Source of the DNA: Phoronis australis
Taxonomy: Eukaryota; Animalia; Phoronida
Direction of reading: 5' to 3'
NCBI GenBank assembly: GCA_002633005.1
Contig: NMRA01000058.1
Location: 758,735 to 822,734 of the forward strand
DNA: 64,000 bases
The notes below the pieces were generated by a model. The model ran no database searches. It was given only the letters and a program-made list of their open reading frames with translations, and was not told where the DNA came from. This document shows positions 53,795 through 64,000 of this stretch, in pieces. Made by a program: the position numbers and the translations under genes. Position 1 is the stretch's first letter, and each line of letters begins with the position of its first letter.

Positions 53795-55070
53795 AAACAA
53801 GAGCAATGCAGAGCGTTGAAATGCGCCCACAATTGCACCGCATACGGTATCCTTCTAGGGTTGTTTATTGGTACCACAAAGTGGCCAGTAGAGAGCATAT
53901 ATGTAGTATGTTGTACTTAGCAAAATGGAAAGGCATGGTCATTGTCTCCTCAATAGGCTAGGGGCAAAATGTGAGTAATCTTCATAATACAAGCACATCC
54001 TATACACCAGTTGCTTAAAGCACCACAGAAACATAGAATNNNNNNNNNNNNNNNNNNNNNNNNNNNNNNNNNNNNNNNNNNNNNNNNNNNNNNNNNNNNN
54101 NNNNNNNNNNNNNNNNNNNNNNNNNNNNNNNNNNNNNNNNNNNNNNNNNNNNNNNNNNNNNNNNNNNNNNNNNNNNNNNNNNNNNNNNNNNNNNNNNNNN
54201 NNNNNNNNNNNNNNNNNNNNNNNNNNNNNNNNNNNNNNNNNNNNNNNNNNNNNNNNNNNNNNNNNNNNNNNNNNNNNNNNNNNNNNNNNNNNNNNNNNNN
54301 NNNNNNNNNNNNNNNNNNNNNNNNNNNNNNNNNNNNNNNNNNNNNNNNNNNNNNNNNNNNNNNNNNNNNNNNNNNNNNNNNNNNNNNNNNNNNNNNNNNN
54401 NNNNNNNNNNNNNNNNNNNNNNNNNNNNNNNNNNNNNNNNNNNNNNNNNNNNNNNNNNNNNNNNNNNNNNNNNNNNNNNNNNNNNNNNNNNNNNNNNNNN
54501 NNNNNNNNNNNNNNNNNNNNNNNNNNNNNNNNNNNNNNNNNNNNNNNNNNNNNNNNNNNNNNNNNNNNNNNNNNNNNNNNNNNNNNNNNNNNNNNNNNNN
54601 NNNNNNNNNNNNNNNNNNNNNNNNNNNNNNNNNNNNNNNNNNNNNNNNNNNNNNNNNNNNNNNNNNNNNNNNNNNNNNNNNNNNNNNNNNNNNNNNNNNN
54701 NNNNNNNNNNNNNNNNNNNNNNNNNNNNNNNNNNNNNNNNNNNNNNNNNNNNNNNNNNNNNNNNNNNNNTAGGTGCCTACATACCAAATTTCATGAAAAT
54801 CCGTTCAGGACTTTTGAAGATACAAAGGTAAGCGTAAAAAACTAAAATTGCCACTAGGGGGCACACCGGTAGTCGGATCCGTCCGAAAGTTCGCACATGC
54901 CGTCCCATTCATGAATGGAACATATGTGCCAAATTTCATGAACGTATGTCAAAGGGTTTTGGAGATAGAGCAGCGGACGCCGGACGCCAGACGCCGCCCG
55001 GACGGACGGACGGACGGACGGAGATGACGGCATAATGCGTCCACATATAAATATGTGGGCGCATAAAAAA
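53795..55070 (+). mobile_element. Non-autonomous Helentron (HINE/DINE-1-like), best-preserved copy; spans an assembly gap
   Basis: 5' aacaagagcaatgcagagcgttgaaATGCGCCCACA; (GACG)n microsatellite near 55000-55021; 3' hairpin atgcgtccacatat-aa-atatgtgggcgcat followed by an A-tract. The 5' subterminal ATGCGCCCACA is the inverted repeat of the hairpin arm, which is the HINE hallmark. Confidence 0.8.
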
Positions 55071-55424
55071 GGGGAAAAGCCAGCCGAGCTCATGGTCAGA
55101 CTCGTTGGTTCCGTGTTCAGATCGAGTCAAGCTTGTGTAGACTGGGTCGAGAGGGTTGTGGGCCATGGGGATCATGGGTAGAGGGGGTCGTGGGTTTTTT
55201 ACAACAGTCCAATGTTTTAATCTATTTTAGTGATATCCTTCGATTGATGAAACTATATGTTCTAACTTGGTGAAAACAAAGGAAAAGAGTATCTTTAATT
55301 AACTAATTCATATTTTAGCAATATTGGTGAACAACAACCTTTTTTCAATGAATCCAAACACTGGGGTTAACCATCATTCACAAAACGTGAAAAAGCAAAT
55401 ACAATATTCCAAAAATGAGCAGTG

Positions 55425-55600
55425 ATCAAAATTCCATGGACCCAAGAAGAAACTGAAGTATTACAAATACATCTTAGTAAGCAGTGTTTGATGAGAACGG
55501 TACCTGGAAAAGCAGATTGTGAAACTGCGAAAGAGAAAGTAGACGCTCTAAAGAGCAGGGACTGGAAGGCCATGAAGTATAAAGTGAACACTGACAAGGG
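55425..55600 (+). pseudogene. C-terminal Myb/SANT-like domain of YR pseudogene 1
   Basis: KIPWTQEETEVLQIHLSKQCLMRTVPGKADCETAKEKVDALKSRDWKAMKYKVN fits the W..EE......L........VPGK..C........L..R.W..IK.xV.N tail typical of this YR family. Confidence 0.7.
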
Positions 55601-55699
55601 TGGGAAGATGAAGCGTCACACCAGAAGAAAACAAAGAAACAGGTAAGAAAGGTGATTACAGAGATAAGAACCATTACCAGGCTGTTTTAGCAGTTTAAG

Positions 55700-56060
55700 G
55701 AAATGGTTGGTGTGGAAAATTCGCTTGAAGATAAGATAAGTAGCCCACATCTCGACGACATGGTGTCTGCAATAGAGGCACTTGTCAATGTTGTTAGAAC
55801 CACAGAAAAACATGGGCTAAAACTTTTGGTGGATGCCGTCATACTCAGATCTGTGAAGTTACTGAATGGGCACTATGCCAAATCCATTCAACATGATAAA
55901 AAAGAACTAAAGAATTTCAGAACAGAGTATGAGCACAGATCAAAAGAGAAAGTGCTGTACCGTACGGCAAGACACACGTGTAAATAACGACCTTGAAAAA
56001 GGTGGAGCGACATCCAGCTTACCAAAAGACAGCGAACTAAAGAACCTCAAAATATAAATA
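55700..56060 (+). pseudogene. YR pseudogene 2, upstream part
   Basis: EKHGLKLLVDAVILRSVKLLNGHY...KELKNFRTEYEHRSKE...ARHTC...LPKDSELKNLK corresponds to the helical region that precedes the catalytic Arg box, which resumes at 58360. Confidence 0.55.
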
Positions 56061-56169
56061 CTGAATCTACTAGTCAAACCATACAAAGTGATTTCAGGTA
56101 TGTTATACATGCATTTCTCATGAGGAAGAATTTAACATTGCACACACATTCTAAGTTTCAGAAACTGAA

Positions 56170-57365
56170 AAGCTGCCCGACAAGCAACATGATCGCTCGC
56201 GAAACACGCCTGGATAAGACACTGTTTCACATGTACGATGCAATCACGATTGGATGGAATGAACACAGGGACCCATCATCTGAACCGTTTTTTATTCATA
56301 AGAACGAACTGTCTGTACACCAGGTGTGCCTGATGTGGGGTATTCGAAGAAATTCACCAAGGACACATTGGTGTTGTAAAAATGAAAGCAATTGCAAGTT
56401 GTGTTTGGTGGCCAGGCATAGACTCTGAAATCTAAAACCTGGCAAAATCGTATACATGTAGTCAAGAATCATAGATCACACTGCACGAAGCACCCATGCA
56501 TCCATAGGAATTTCCCGTGGAAAAATGACATTGGATTCACATAGACTTTGTGGGACCCTTAATAGGATCTCTGTTTTAGTGGTCGTAGATGCGTACTCCA
56601 AATGCCTGCAAGTAATTCCCAAGAAAATCACCACTGCCGGTACCACGATTGAAGAACTGTATGTTAGTTTTAGCAGGAACAACATTCCTGAACGTGTAGT
56701 CAGTGATAACAGGCCACAATTCGTGTCTCAGGAGTTCAAGAACTTCATGTTAGCAAATGGGATTAAGCACACCACTTCCGCGCCCTATCGCCCGCGAATC
56801 AACGGACAGGTGGAAAGATTTGTTCTAAGCTTTGAACAAGCAATGAAATCTGCCAAACACGACCGCGGGTCATTACGAGCCAAATTAGCCAGGTTCCTGT
56901 TAGCATATTGGAACGTGCTGCAATCAACAACAGCCAAATTGTTTAGTGGCAATAATCTGACCTCGCAACTGGATCTGGTGAAACCTAATCTCTCACGAAA
57001 AGTTGAGACATCGCAAGGAAAAATGAGTGAAATAAGCAGTGGTAAAGTGCGTTCCTTTACCCAGGATGATTCGGTAATGGTGCGTGACTATCAAATGCCT
57101 GATCGCAAATGGATGCCAGGAATTGTTCATAACCAAACGGCGTTCTTACAAAATTGAAGAGCAGCCAGGAGCCTACTTGTGGCGCAGACATGCTGACCAA
57201 ATGATCACTAACTATAACCCATCAGCCACCACCACAGTACCGACAGCGACAGAAACTCTGCCCATCGATCGCGAAGTAGAGACACACCTGGATACTTGCG
57301 ATACACCACGTGTACGGAAGGCAGCAGACAGGCTTAATTTGTACTTAGAACACAGTGTGAAATAA
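56170..57365 (+). mobile_element. Gypsy/Ty3 LTR-retrotransposon pol remnant (integrase)
   Basis: ELSVHQVCLMWGIR; HQGHIGVVKMKAIA..VWWPGIDSEI (HHCC region); WIHIDFVGP; LVVVDAYSK; IPERVVSDNRPQFVSQEFKNFMLANGIKHTTSAPYRPRINGQVERFV (DDE core); WRRHADQM. Confidence 0.92.
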
Positions 57366-58359
57366 ACAGGCTTCAACAAACTCATTGATTAAATACTTTA
57401 TGATGAACTCCAATGGAGAGCTTGACTTTTCTCTAAAGTGACACTTGTTTTAGATTAATACGTGTGGTGTTAGTGTTTCCTCTATGATAAACGTGGCGTT
57501 TGATCTGGTGTGAAGGAGTGTTCCCTGTTGAAGTCGGCAGTGGAGGCTTCATCTAAAAAACATTAAAGAAGTTAATGGATTTCCTCAAATCCCCAAAGAA
57601 ATCAAAAACAAACATACCAAACGGCCTCTCAGACCGCTCCCAGATGTAGCTATACGATATATTTATCAAGAAACAACAACCAATTTACGGAATGGCAACT
57701 CTGCAACCTTTCTAAGCCAGTGATTGAAACGCAAAAAGAGGCGAAACTATTCACAATCATGACTCGACAGAGAACCCTATACAATCAGCTACTTCGTCAT
57801 CCCCGATACTAAAAAAATGGCACACTTTCAACATTGACATTGCACATCACATCTGATGTAAACAAGTCAAGATATTTTTGAAATTCATCCTGGTACGGGA
57901 ATTGGGGATAGTTAGGTCTATAAAAGATCTTAAATCCAGCCGCAGAGTGTCTAAAGCCGCGCACCGTACCAGTGACTGCTGGCAACTCATCGGAGACACA
58001 ACTTTAACATCCTTTGCCGCAGAGATAATAACTCTTGGGCTGTCTCCGGTGAATCCATTCATTCTTGAATGATGTTTAGGTAAATAAGCATAATTAGTTT
58101 TACTAACAATAGATGTCTTTAGTAGTTGCATGTGATGTAATGGCGTAGTGGTTTACAAGTAGTTCCAATAGAAGACCATGCTGGATATTAGCCTTTGGCT
58201 AAAGCATGTTTTACATTTATTGTATTTTTATCCTCTTTAAATAAAGTTTATTATTATAATAAGTAATTCCTAACCAGGTGCTTCAAGATGGCAGTCGTAT
58301 TTTAATCCGTGTTATAGTTCTATCAAAGACATAACAAGGTTGAAAGAATATTCTCTTAT

Positions 58360-58900
58360 GCAGAGTTTGGTTGTGTCTGGACTAACCTTATTCAATGCTT
58401 TTCCTGGTGAAGAACTATCGAAGATGCAATGAACAATGTGTGGGTACCTACCACGTACACTGAGGCAGTTATGAGGAAGCCGAAAGACATATGCTCAGAA
58501 AGTTCAAGTTGCGCATCTTCATGAGAAGGGCACGAAATTGTTGGTGCCATTTGACGTCATAGCAGCAATTCATTTACTCATGCAAAAAAGAACAGCATAC
58601 AGAGTCGACAACAATCCACATGTCTTTGCCACAAAGATAGTTGCAGGGAAGAACTCATCCCATTGTTCAAGATGGCACGAGCTACGTGATGTCTGCAGCA
58701 AGGCAGTTATTAGTTTCAAGGTAATGGCCACTAAAATGCGACATCGTTTATCGACCATCTATGCCAGCCTGGATATGACGCCTTCAGACAGACAGGTGTT
58801 TCTTGATGATACGGCCTTTGTAAGTGGCACAAACAGAGTGACAATTACCACTGTGCAGAGTGGGTAAAAACAGTCCAACTCATGGGGCGCATTTTAGATG
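58360..58900 (+). pseudogene. YR pseudogene 2, catalytic part (different subfamily from YR 1)
   Basis: SLVVSGLTLFNAFPGEELSKM (decayed FNARRGEE), EKGTKLLVPFDVIAAIHLLMQKR, NNPHVFAT, SHCSRWHELRDVC, ATKMRHRLSTIYASLDM...RQVFLD, DNYHC. Confidence 0.78.
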
Positions 58901-59436
58901 AGGATCTTATGGATGTTATTGTTCAGCAAAGCATTGTTTATGCTGGATCAAAAGGTAACCACGATTTCCACACAAACCGTGATGAAATATGTGCCTAGAA
59001 ATAGGTTTGATATCATGAAAAACTTTCATATTGCTATCAAACAATAACGTTGACACAAATGATAAAATGGCTAAAGTGCATCCACTCATTGCAGCTATAA
59101 ATGAAAAATTTGATGTACTTTCTGGGGGAGAGAAACCTCAGTTGATGAGAGCACGATTCCCTAATATAGGCGTCATGGTGCAAAGCAATTTAAACGAGGC
59201 GAACCAATACATTTTGGGTTTAAGATCTGGGCTTTAACAACACCCCTAGGGTATGCCGTACAGTTTGAGCCATACCAGGGTAAAAAAGGACAGCAGGCAA
59301 GTCAGTCCGCAGCATTCGGTATGGTCGGCAGTGGAGTTGTAGATCTGCTGTATGAATAACATTTGACAATCTTTTCACGTCACTTCCTTTGATTGATGAA
59401 ATGTCACGACAGGGAATTGGTTGTACTGGTACAATT
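58890..59436 (+). mobile_element. piggyBac (PGBD2/3-like) transposase pseudogene, N-terminal half
   Basis: PRNRFDIMKNFH, DKMAKVHPL, SVDESTIP, HGAKQFKRGEPIHFGFKIW, QFEPYQG and FDNLFTSLPL...GIGCTGTI, containing the first two catalytic Asp motifs. Confidence 0.92.
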
Positions 59437-60200
59437 GACCTTACGCCAAACGAACATCGCTCCGCCTATAAGGTCACATGATGCGGAAGTCCGACATCAG
59501 AAAATGGCTTTGTCAAGCAAGGCCGCTGTGCTAACTGATATTCCAGCAGACAGACTTATCTTCCATACGAATCCTCACTACGGCAAAGACAAAAGGCAAG
59601 AGCCTTCAGAAAAGGTTCCTACGTGCATGAGGTGAAGATTTACATCAAGGACACCAGATTATTATGTAAATATTACCGCCCGATGTTCCCGCAACGCAAA
59701 TTGGACGAGCCTCATTGAGTTGACATCAGGGTCAACAAAAACAAAAAAAAGATTGATGATGGTCACTGTTCTTGTAAAGCAGGGTGAGTTGCTTCAGCTT
59801 CATCATGACCCCAATGACTCGGAATAATAGAATGAAAGGCACTGAAAAACTGTTATAGTGTAATTAAGTTTTCCCCTATTCATACTGACACTGGTGGGCC
59901 TAGTGGCTCCCCTGCCCAAGAAAACAGTTGTTAATTATAAGTAGTTTCACAGTACAATGAAATTTCATGTTACAGTGTATCTGGTAAATGTTCTCTCACA
60001 TTCTCCCAGTAACAATGACCGTCACAGAGTGGTAACTTGAGGGCCACAAAGATGTGCCAGCACAATCATCATGCACCTCTGTGACACAACAATGGGATAA
60101 GCCCAGAGATTCAAAGATATCTGCTGAGCCAGTGGCTACTATGGTGATTGCAAAGCCAGGTCCCGAAGCGCAAGCCCATATGTGCAATTTCTATGATAAC
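59437..60200 (+). mobile_element. Fragment of a DNA-transposon accessory gene with a SWIM zinc finger (N-terminus typical of YqaJ/lambda-exonuclease ORFs of ISL2EU-type elements)
   Basis: ARC..QRKLDEPH.V.I; GHCSCKAG|VSGKCS(H) split by a GT-AG intron at 59784-59975; SCTSVTQQWDKPRDSKISAEPV. Inserted in the piggyBac ORF. Confidence 0.65.
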
Positions 60201-60248
60201 AGGCAAGTTCCTCTGGGTACAACTGTACTAGTATGTAAACTGGCTAAG

Positions 60249-62156
60249 CAGGGCTCGACGCTATTAAAATCGCCAGGTCGCATTTTGCGACTTAGCCAAA
60301 TCCCAGGTCGCATTTTCAAAATCCAGCTCGCATTCGTAAATGCCAGGTCGCAAAATTTTCCCGCCATTTTTACGCGCCAAAATAGATTTTTTAAATCATC
60401 GCTCTTACCTGCAGCGTTAAATACACACAAATTTCGGATCTCAAAATTGACTTCATTCATGCAGGTACGGCCTTAGGCCTACTGTTCTTCACGACCGCCA
60501 TTGAAAGACAAGTTGCCGACGTGAAAGTTGAATCAGTGTTCTCTTACTGACTTGTGCATTCGAGTAGCTAAATTTGCGATGTGAAAAGGGAGAAAACGCC
60601 CGTTGAAAAACTATCCGGGATTTTGTTAGATCTGGCCTGCTACTGGCTGTCATTAAAGTCGTTAACGATTCAAACTAACTCGGGTAATGGCGAGTTTGCT
60701 CCTCAATACCTTCCAAGTACGGGAAAAATTGGTCAGTCACAAAACGACACGCATGTCACTAGTGTTAACTTTCTTTCCGAGGTATAAAACAAAGCCGGGA
60801 TTTGGTTTTTACATATTGTGAAAAGACGTTTTTGAAAACTGAAGTTGTGTAAAATGAAAGTGACACACCATATAAGCTGCGTGTCAATTTTAAACCACAC
60901 GCGGTCGTTTGTAGTGCGCTATGATGGGCGCTAGCTTGAACTGTGGGCGCTTAATTGGAAATTCTCAAAATTTAANNNNNNNNNNNNNNNNNNNNNNNNN
61001 NNNNNNNNNNNNNNNNNNNNNNNNNNNNNNNNNNNNNNNNNNNNNNNNNNNNNNNNNNNNNNNNNNNNNNNNNNNNNNNNNNNNNNNNNNNNNNNNNNNN
61101 NNNNNNNNNNNNNNNNNNNNNNNNNNNNNNNNNNNNNNNNNNNNNNNNNNNNNNNNNNNNNNNNNNNNNNNNNNNNNNNNNNNNNNNNNNNNNNNNNNNN
61201 NNNNNNNNNNNNNNNNNNNNNNNNNNNNNNNNNNNNNNNNNNNNNNNNNNNNNNNNNNNNNNNNNNNNNNNNNNNNNNNNNNNNNNNNNNNNNNNNNNNN
61301 NNNNNNNNNNNNNNNNNNNNNNNNNNNNNNNNNNNNNNNNNNNNNNNNNNNNNNNNNNNNNNNNNNNNNNNNNNNNNNNNNNNNNNNNNNNNNNNNNNNN
61401 NNNNNNNNNNNNNNNNNNNNNNNNNNNNNNNNNNNNNNNNNNNNNNNNNNNNNNNNNNNNNNNNNNNNNNNNNNNNNNNNNNNNNNNNNNNNNNNNNNNN
61501 NNNNNNNNNNNNNNNNNNNNNNNNNNNNNNNNNNNNNNNNNNNNNNNNNNNNNNNNNNNNNNNNNNNNNNNNNNNNNNNNNNNNNNNNNNNNNNNNNNNN
61601 NNNNNNNNNNNNNNNNNNNNNNNNNNNNNNNNNNNNNNNNNNNNNNNNNNNNNNNNNNNNNNNNNNNNNNNNNNNNNNNNNNNNNNNNNNNNNNNNNNNN
61701 NNNNNNNNNNNNNNNNNNNNNNNNNNNNNNNNNNNNNNNNNNNNNNNNNNNNNNNNNNNNNNNNNNNNNNNNNNNNNNNNNNNNNNNNNNNNNNNNNNNN
61801 NNNNNNNNNNNNNNNNNNNNNNNCTTAAGTGGCCGAAAGTGTTAGCCAATGAAACGCTTCAAAGATCGATTCTGCATATCCCATGTTCACACGACTTGCT
61901 TACAAGTCATCGGGAGGGCTGTTCTCGGTTAGTGTTCTTTTGAACTTGGATTTGGCAACAACCAAATAACGGTCGGATTAACAAGAGCTGCTTTGTATTT
62001 GCCACGTATCTGTTGAGAAGTGTAAAAACTCAGCTCGCATTCGTTAGAAATTCCAGGTCGTATTTTGCGACTTGATATGAGCTGACAAATATCTCAGCTC
62101 GCATTTTCAAATTTCAGGTCGCAAATGCGACCTGCAGCTCGTTATGTCGAGCCCTG
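60249..62156. mobile_element. TIR element with perfect 5-bp TSD (hAT5-like); spans an assembly gap
   Basis: TIR CAGGGCTCGAC...GTCGAGCCCTG, TSD CTAAG at 60244-60248 and 62157-62161, and arrays of subterminal ccaggtcgcatttt/cagctcgcatt motifs at both ends. Confidence 0.9.
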
Positions 62157-62585
62157 CTAAGAGGTACCTGGAATGTAACCTCAAAGTAATCTTGCACGAG
62201 GTACAATGCTAACTAATTAATTTGAATAGTTACTAATAGAAAACAAGGTTTTAAACACTGAGTTGTGTACACAGCAATGTCTTATCCTGGGGGCCATGGC
62301 CACACAATGAGTTCACTCATGATTCAAAGTACAAGGCAGACCAGCAACTGAGCCATGGTGTGTCAGTCCCACATTGCGGGGATTGCCAAGTCAATGTTCC
62401 TATTATAGCTATTTTTGGCATTCAAGGCCTGGATATAAAGACTCTCTTCTATGGCTAACATTGGATCAGTAGACTTCAAGCTGTGAGACTGACCAATCAC
62501 ATCTCACTGTACAACGGGCTTTATTTAGAGCCGAAACATTGAAATGTAAACATTGTAAGTAAGGAGTGAAATAAAGGCATTGTTG

Positions 62586-63751
62586 GCCAATTGTGTTGAG
62601 GACTGTTCTCTCTTGCCTGTCAAGGAAATGCAGAAAACCCCATGCGGTACATTTGATTATTCCTGTGACACCAAGAACAACCTAATAGTTGTTCGATGGA
62701 ACGATAACTCGATAGTTAATGTTGCGTCAAATGCATACGGCATTGAACCCGCAAAGAAAGCAAAACGCTGATCACGTTCAGAAAGTCAGTGGGTGAGAAT
62801 CGACCAGCCATTTCTAATATCGCACTACAATCCAACAATGGGTGGTGTTGATAGGTGGGACCAAAACATTGACAAGTACCGTGTGAGCATTTGTTCGAAT
62901 AAATGGTGGTGGTGTATCTTTGCGTACTGCTTGGATTTATGCATGAAACAAGCATGCCACCTGTATCGAGCTACACCGAATGCCCAAGAGAAGCCATTAG
63001 ATCTGCTCGACATACGGCAAGAAATTACCCTGGTATATGTTGCAAGGGGACGCCAAAGGAACCAGCAGGTTAGACAGTGATCAGATCACGCCACACCACT
63101 CCCTCGTCAAATTGTCGACGACATTCGTTATGATGGCATGAACCATTTTATAAACACTCGTGAAACCCATCAAAGATGTGCTGTTTGTGGTTTGAAAACT
63201 AAAAGATTCTGTTCCAAGTGTAACATCACCCTGCATGACAGTTGCTTTGAATACTTCAACATTCGTCCATAAGCTGTGGACAATTGTTGATGCCTGATTT
63301 GTTAAATTCTGTATTTTAATCAAATTGATAGTATGTGGTACAATCCTTTACAATTCATGTAGTTTTGTTTGTCTTTATTCAAGTCTTATTAGAAGAAATA
63401 CTTGGCGAAAAAGTCAAAATTCTTTTCACTTTATACCTTGTGAAAGGTACTTTCACCTGCATGACGTATAACAATGGACACTGTTAAAGGAAAATTTTAT
63501 CACTTACTGTGAAAATAACATCAGTTTTGATCAACAAAAAAGAGTGCTAAACATGTGAAAAGGGTTTTTAATTATGTTATCAGAGCACCCACTTGATCCC
63601 AGTGAGTCATTTGGGACCCGCAATTAAAAATGCCAGTGAAACTAATTAAAATGAAAAAATCTCACCTAACCTCTTATTTATCTTCATAAAGTTGTCATAT
63701 CTATCACATACTTAATTTTTGAACCAAAAGAAAACGTTGGGCATAAATGGG
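62586..63751 (+). mobile_element. piggyBac transposase C-terminal half (stop 63270-63272) and right terminus
   Basis: VVRWNDNSIVNVASN, HYNPTMGGVDRWDQNIDKYR...KWWW (third Asp) and VRYDG-like IRYDGMNHF...RCAVC...CSKCNITLH..CF (Cys-rich domain). The end ...gggcataaatGGG is followed by TTAA at 63752-63755. Confidence 0.92.
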
Positions 63752-64000
63752 TTAATGCCTCACAAGCGACCTCTGTAACTATTTCTGGGCACTACACCTC
63801 CTTTCCTGTAATTGGCCTGGCAGTCTGTTCCTTTTTCTCTGTAAGTGCTCGTGAACCATGTGTGAACACTGCAAAATCTACACCCTGTAAATAAATAACA
63901 TATCATAAGGCTGTATCACACGTACTAAGAGCTACAGACACAGAGATTCTTTAGTGATGGAAGACTTTCACATGGTGCAGGGAACCAGGGACCAAATGAA

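Noticed and set aside
53939-54787. Long ORFs of 253-282 aa in the track
   Set aside because: Artefacts of the N gap at 54040-54769.
57420-57620. Possible 3' LTR of the Gypsy remnant
   Set aside because: No clear polypurine tract, TG...CA ends or partner LTR in the window.
60921-61943. Long ORFs of 294-340 aa in the track
   Set aside because: Artefacts of the N gap at 60976-61823.

Overview
Eukaryotic, intron-rich DNA with two assembly gaps (54040-54769, 60976-61823). The repeat families suggest a marine invertebrate (inference). No prokaryotic genes, rRNA, tRNA or CRISPR arrays were seen. (1) 1-4 kb looks like the last exon and long 3' UTR of an unidentified + strand gene. (2) 12-37 kb holds an intact, spliced minus-strand gene that the ORF track splits into pieces. 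Its three phase-compatible coding exons (34540-34352, 15806-15704, 13146-12833) give a 201-aa secreted protein: signal peptide, very basic pro-region ending in a furin-type site, one CD2/CEACAM-like V-type Ig domain lacking the canonical disulfide, and a very basic tail. Around it and inside its 18.5-kb intron are several decayed coding-like segments on both strands that resemble this domain, suggesting a decaying tandem family. Support for these varies and several are at twilight-level similarity. (3) 41-64 kb is a nest of decayed transposons: Helentron-type non-autonomous repeats, a CACTA/EnSpm-like fragment, a 3-exon pseudogene within Kolobok-like ends, two tandem Crypton-like tyrosine-recombinase pseudogenes, a Gypsy integrase, and a piggyBac interrupted by a SWIM-finger transposon fragment that itself carries a TIR element with 5-bp TSDs. 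All alignments were made by eye; no searches were run.
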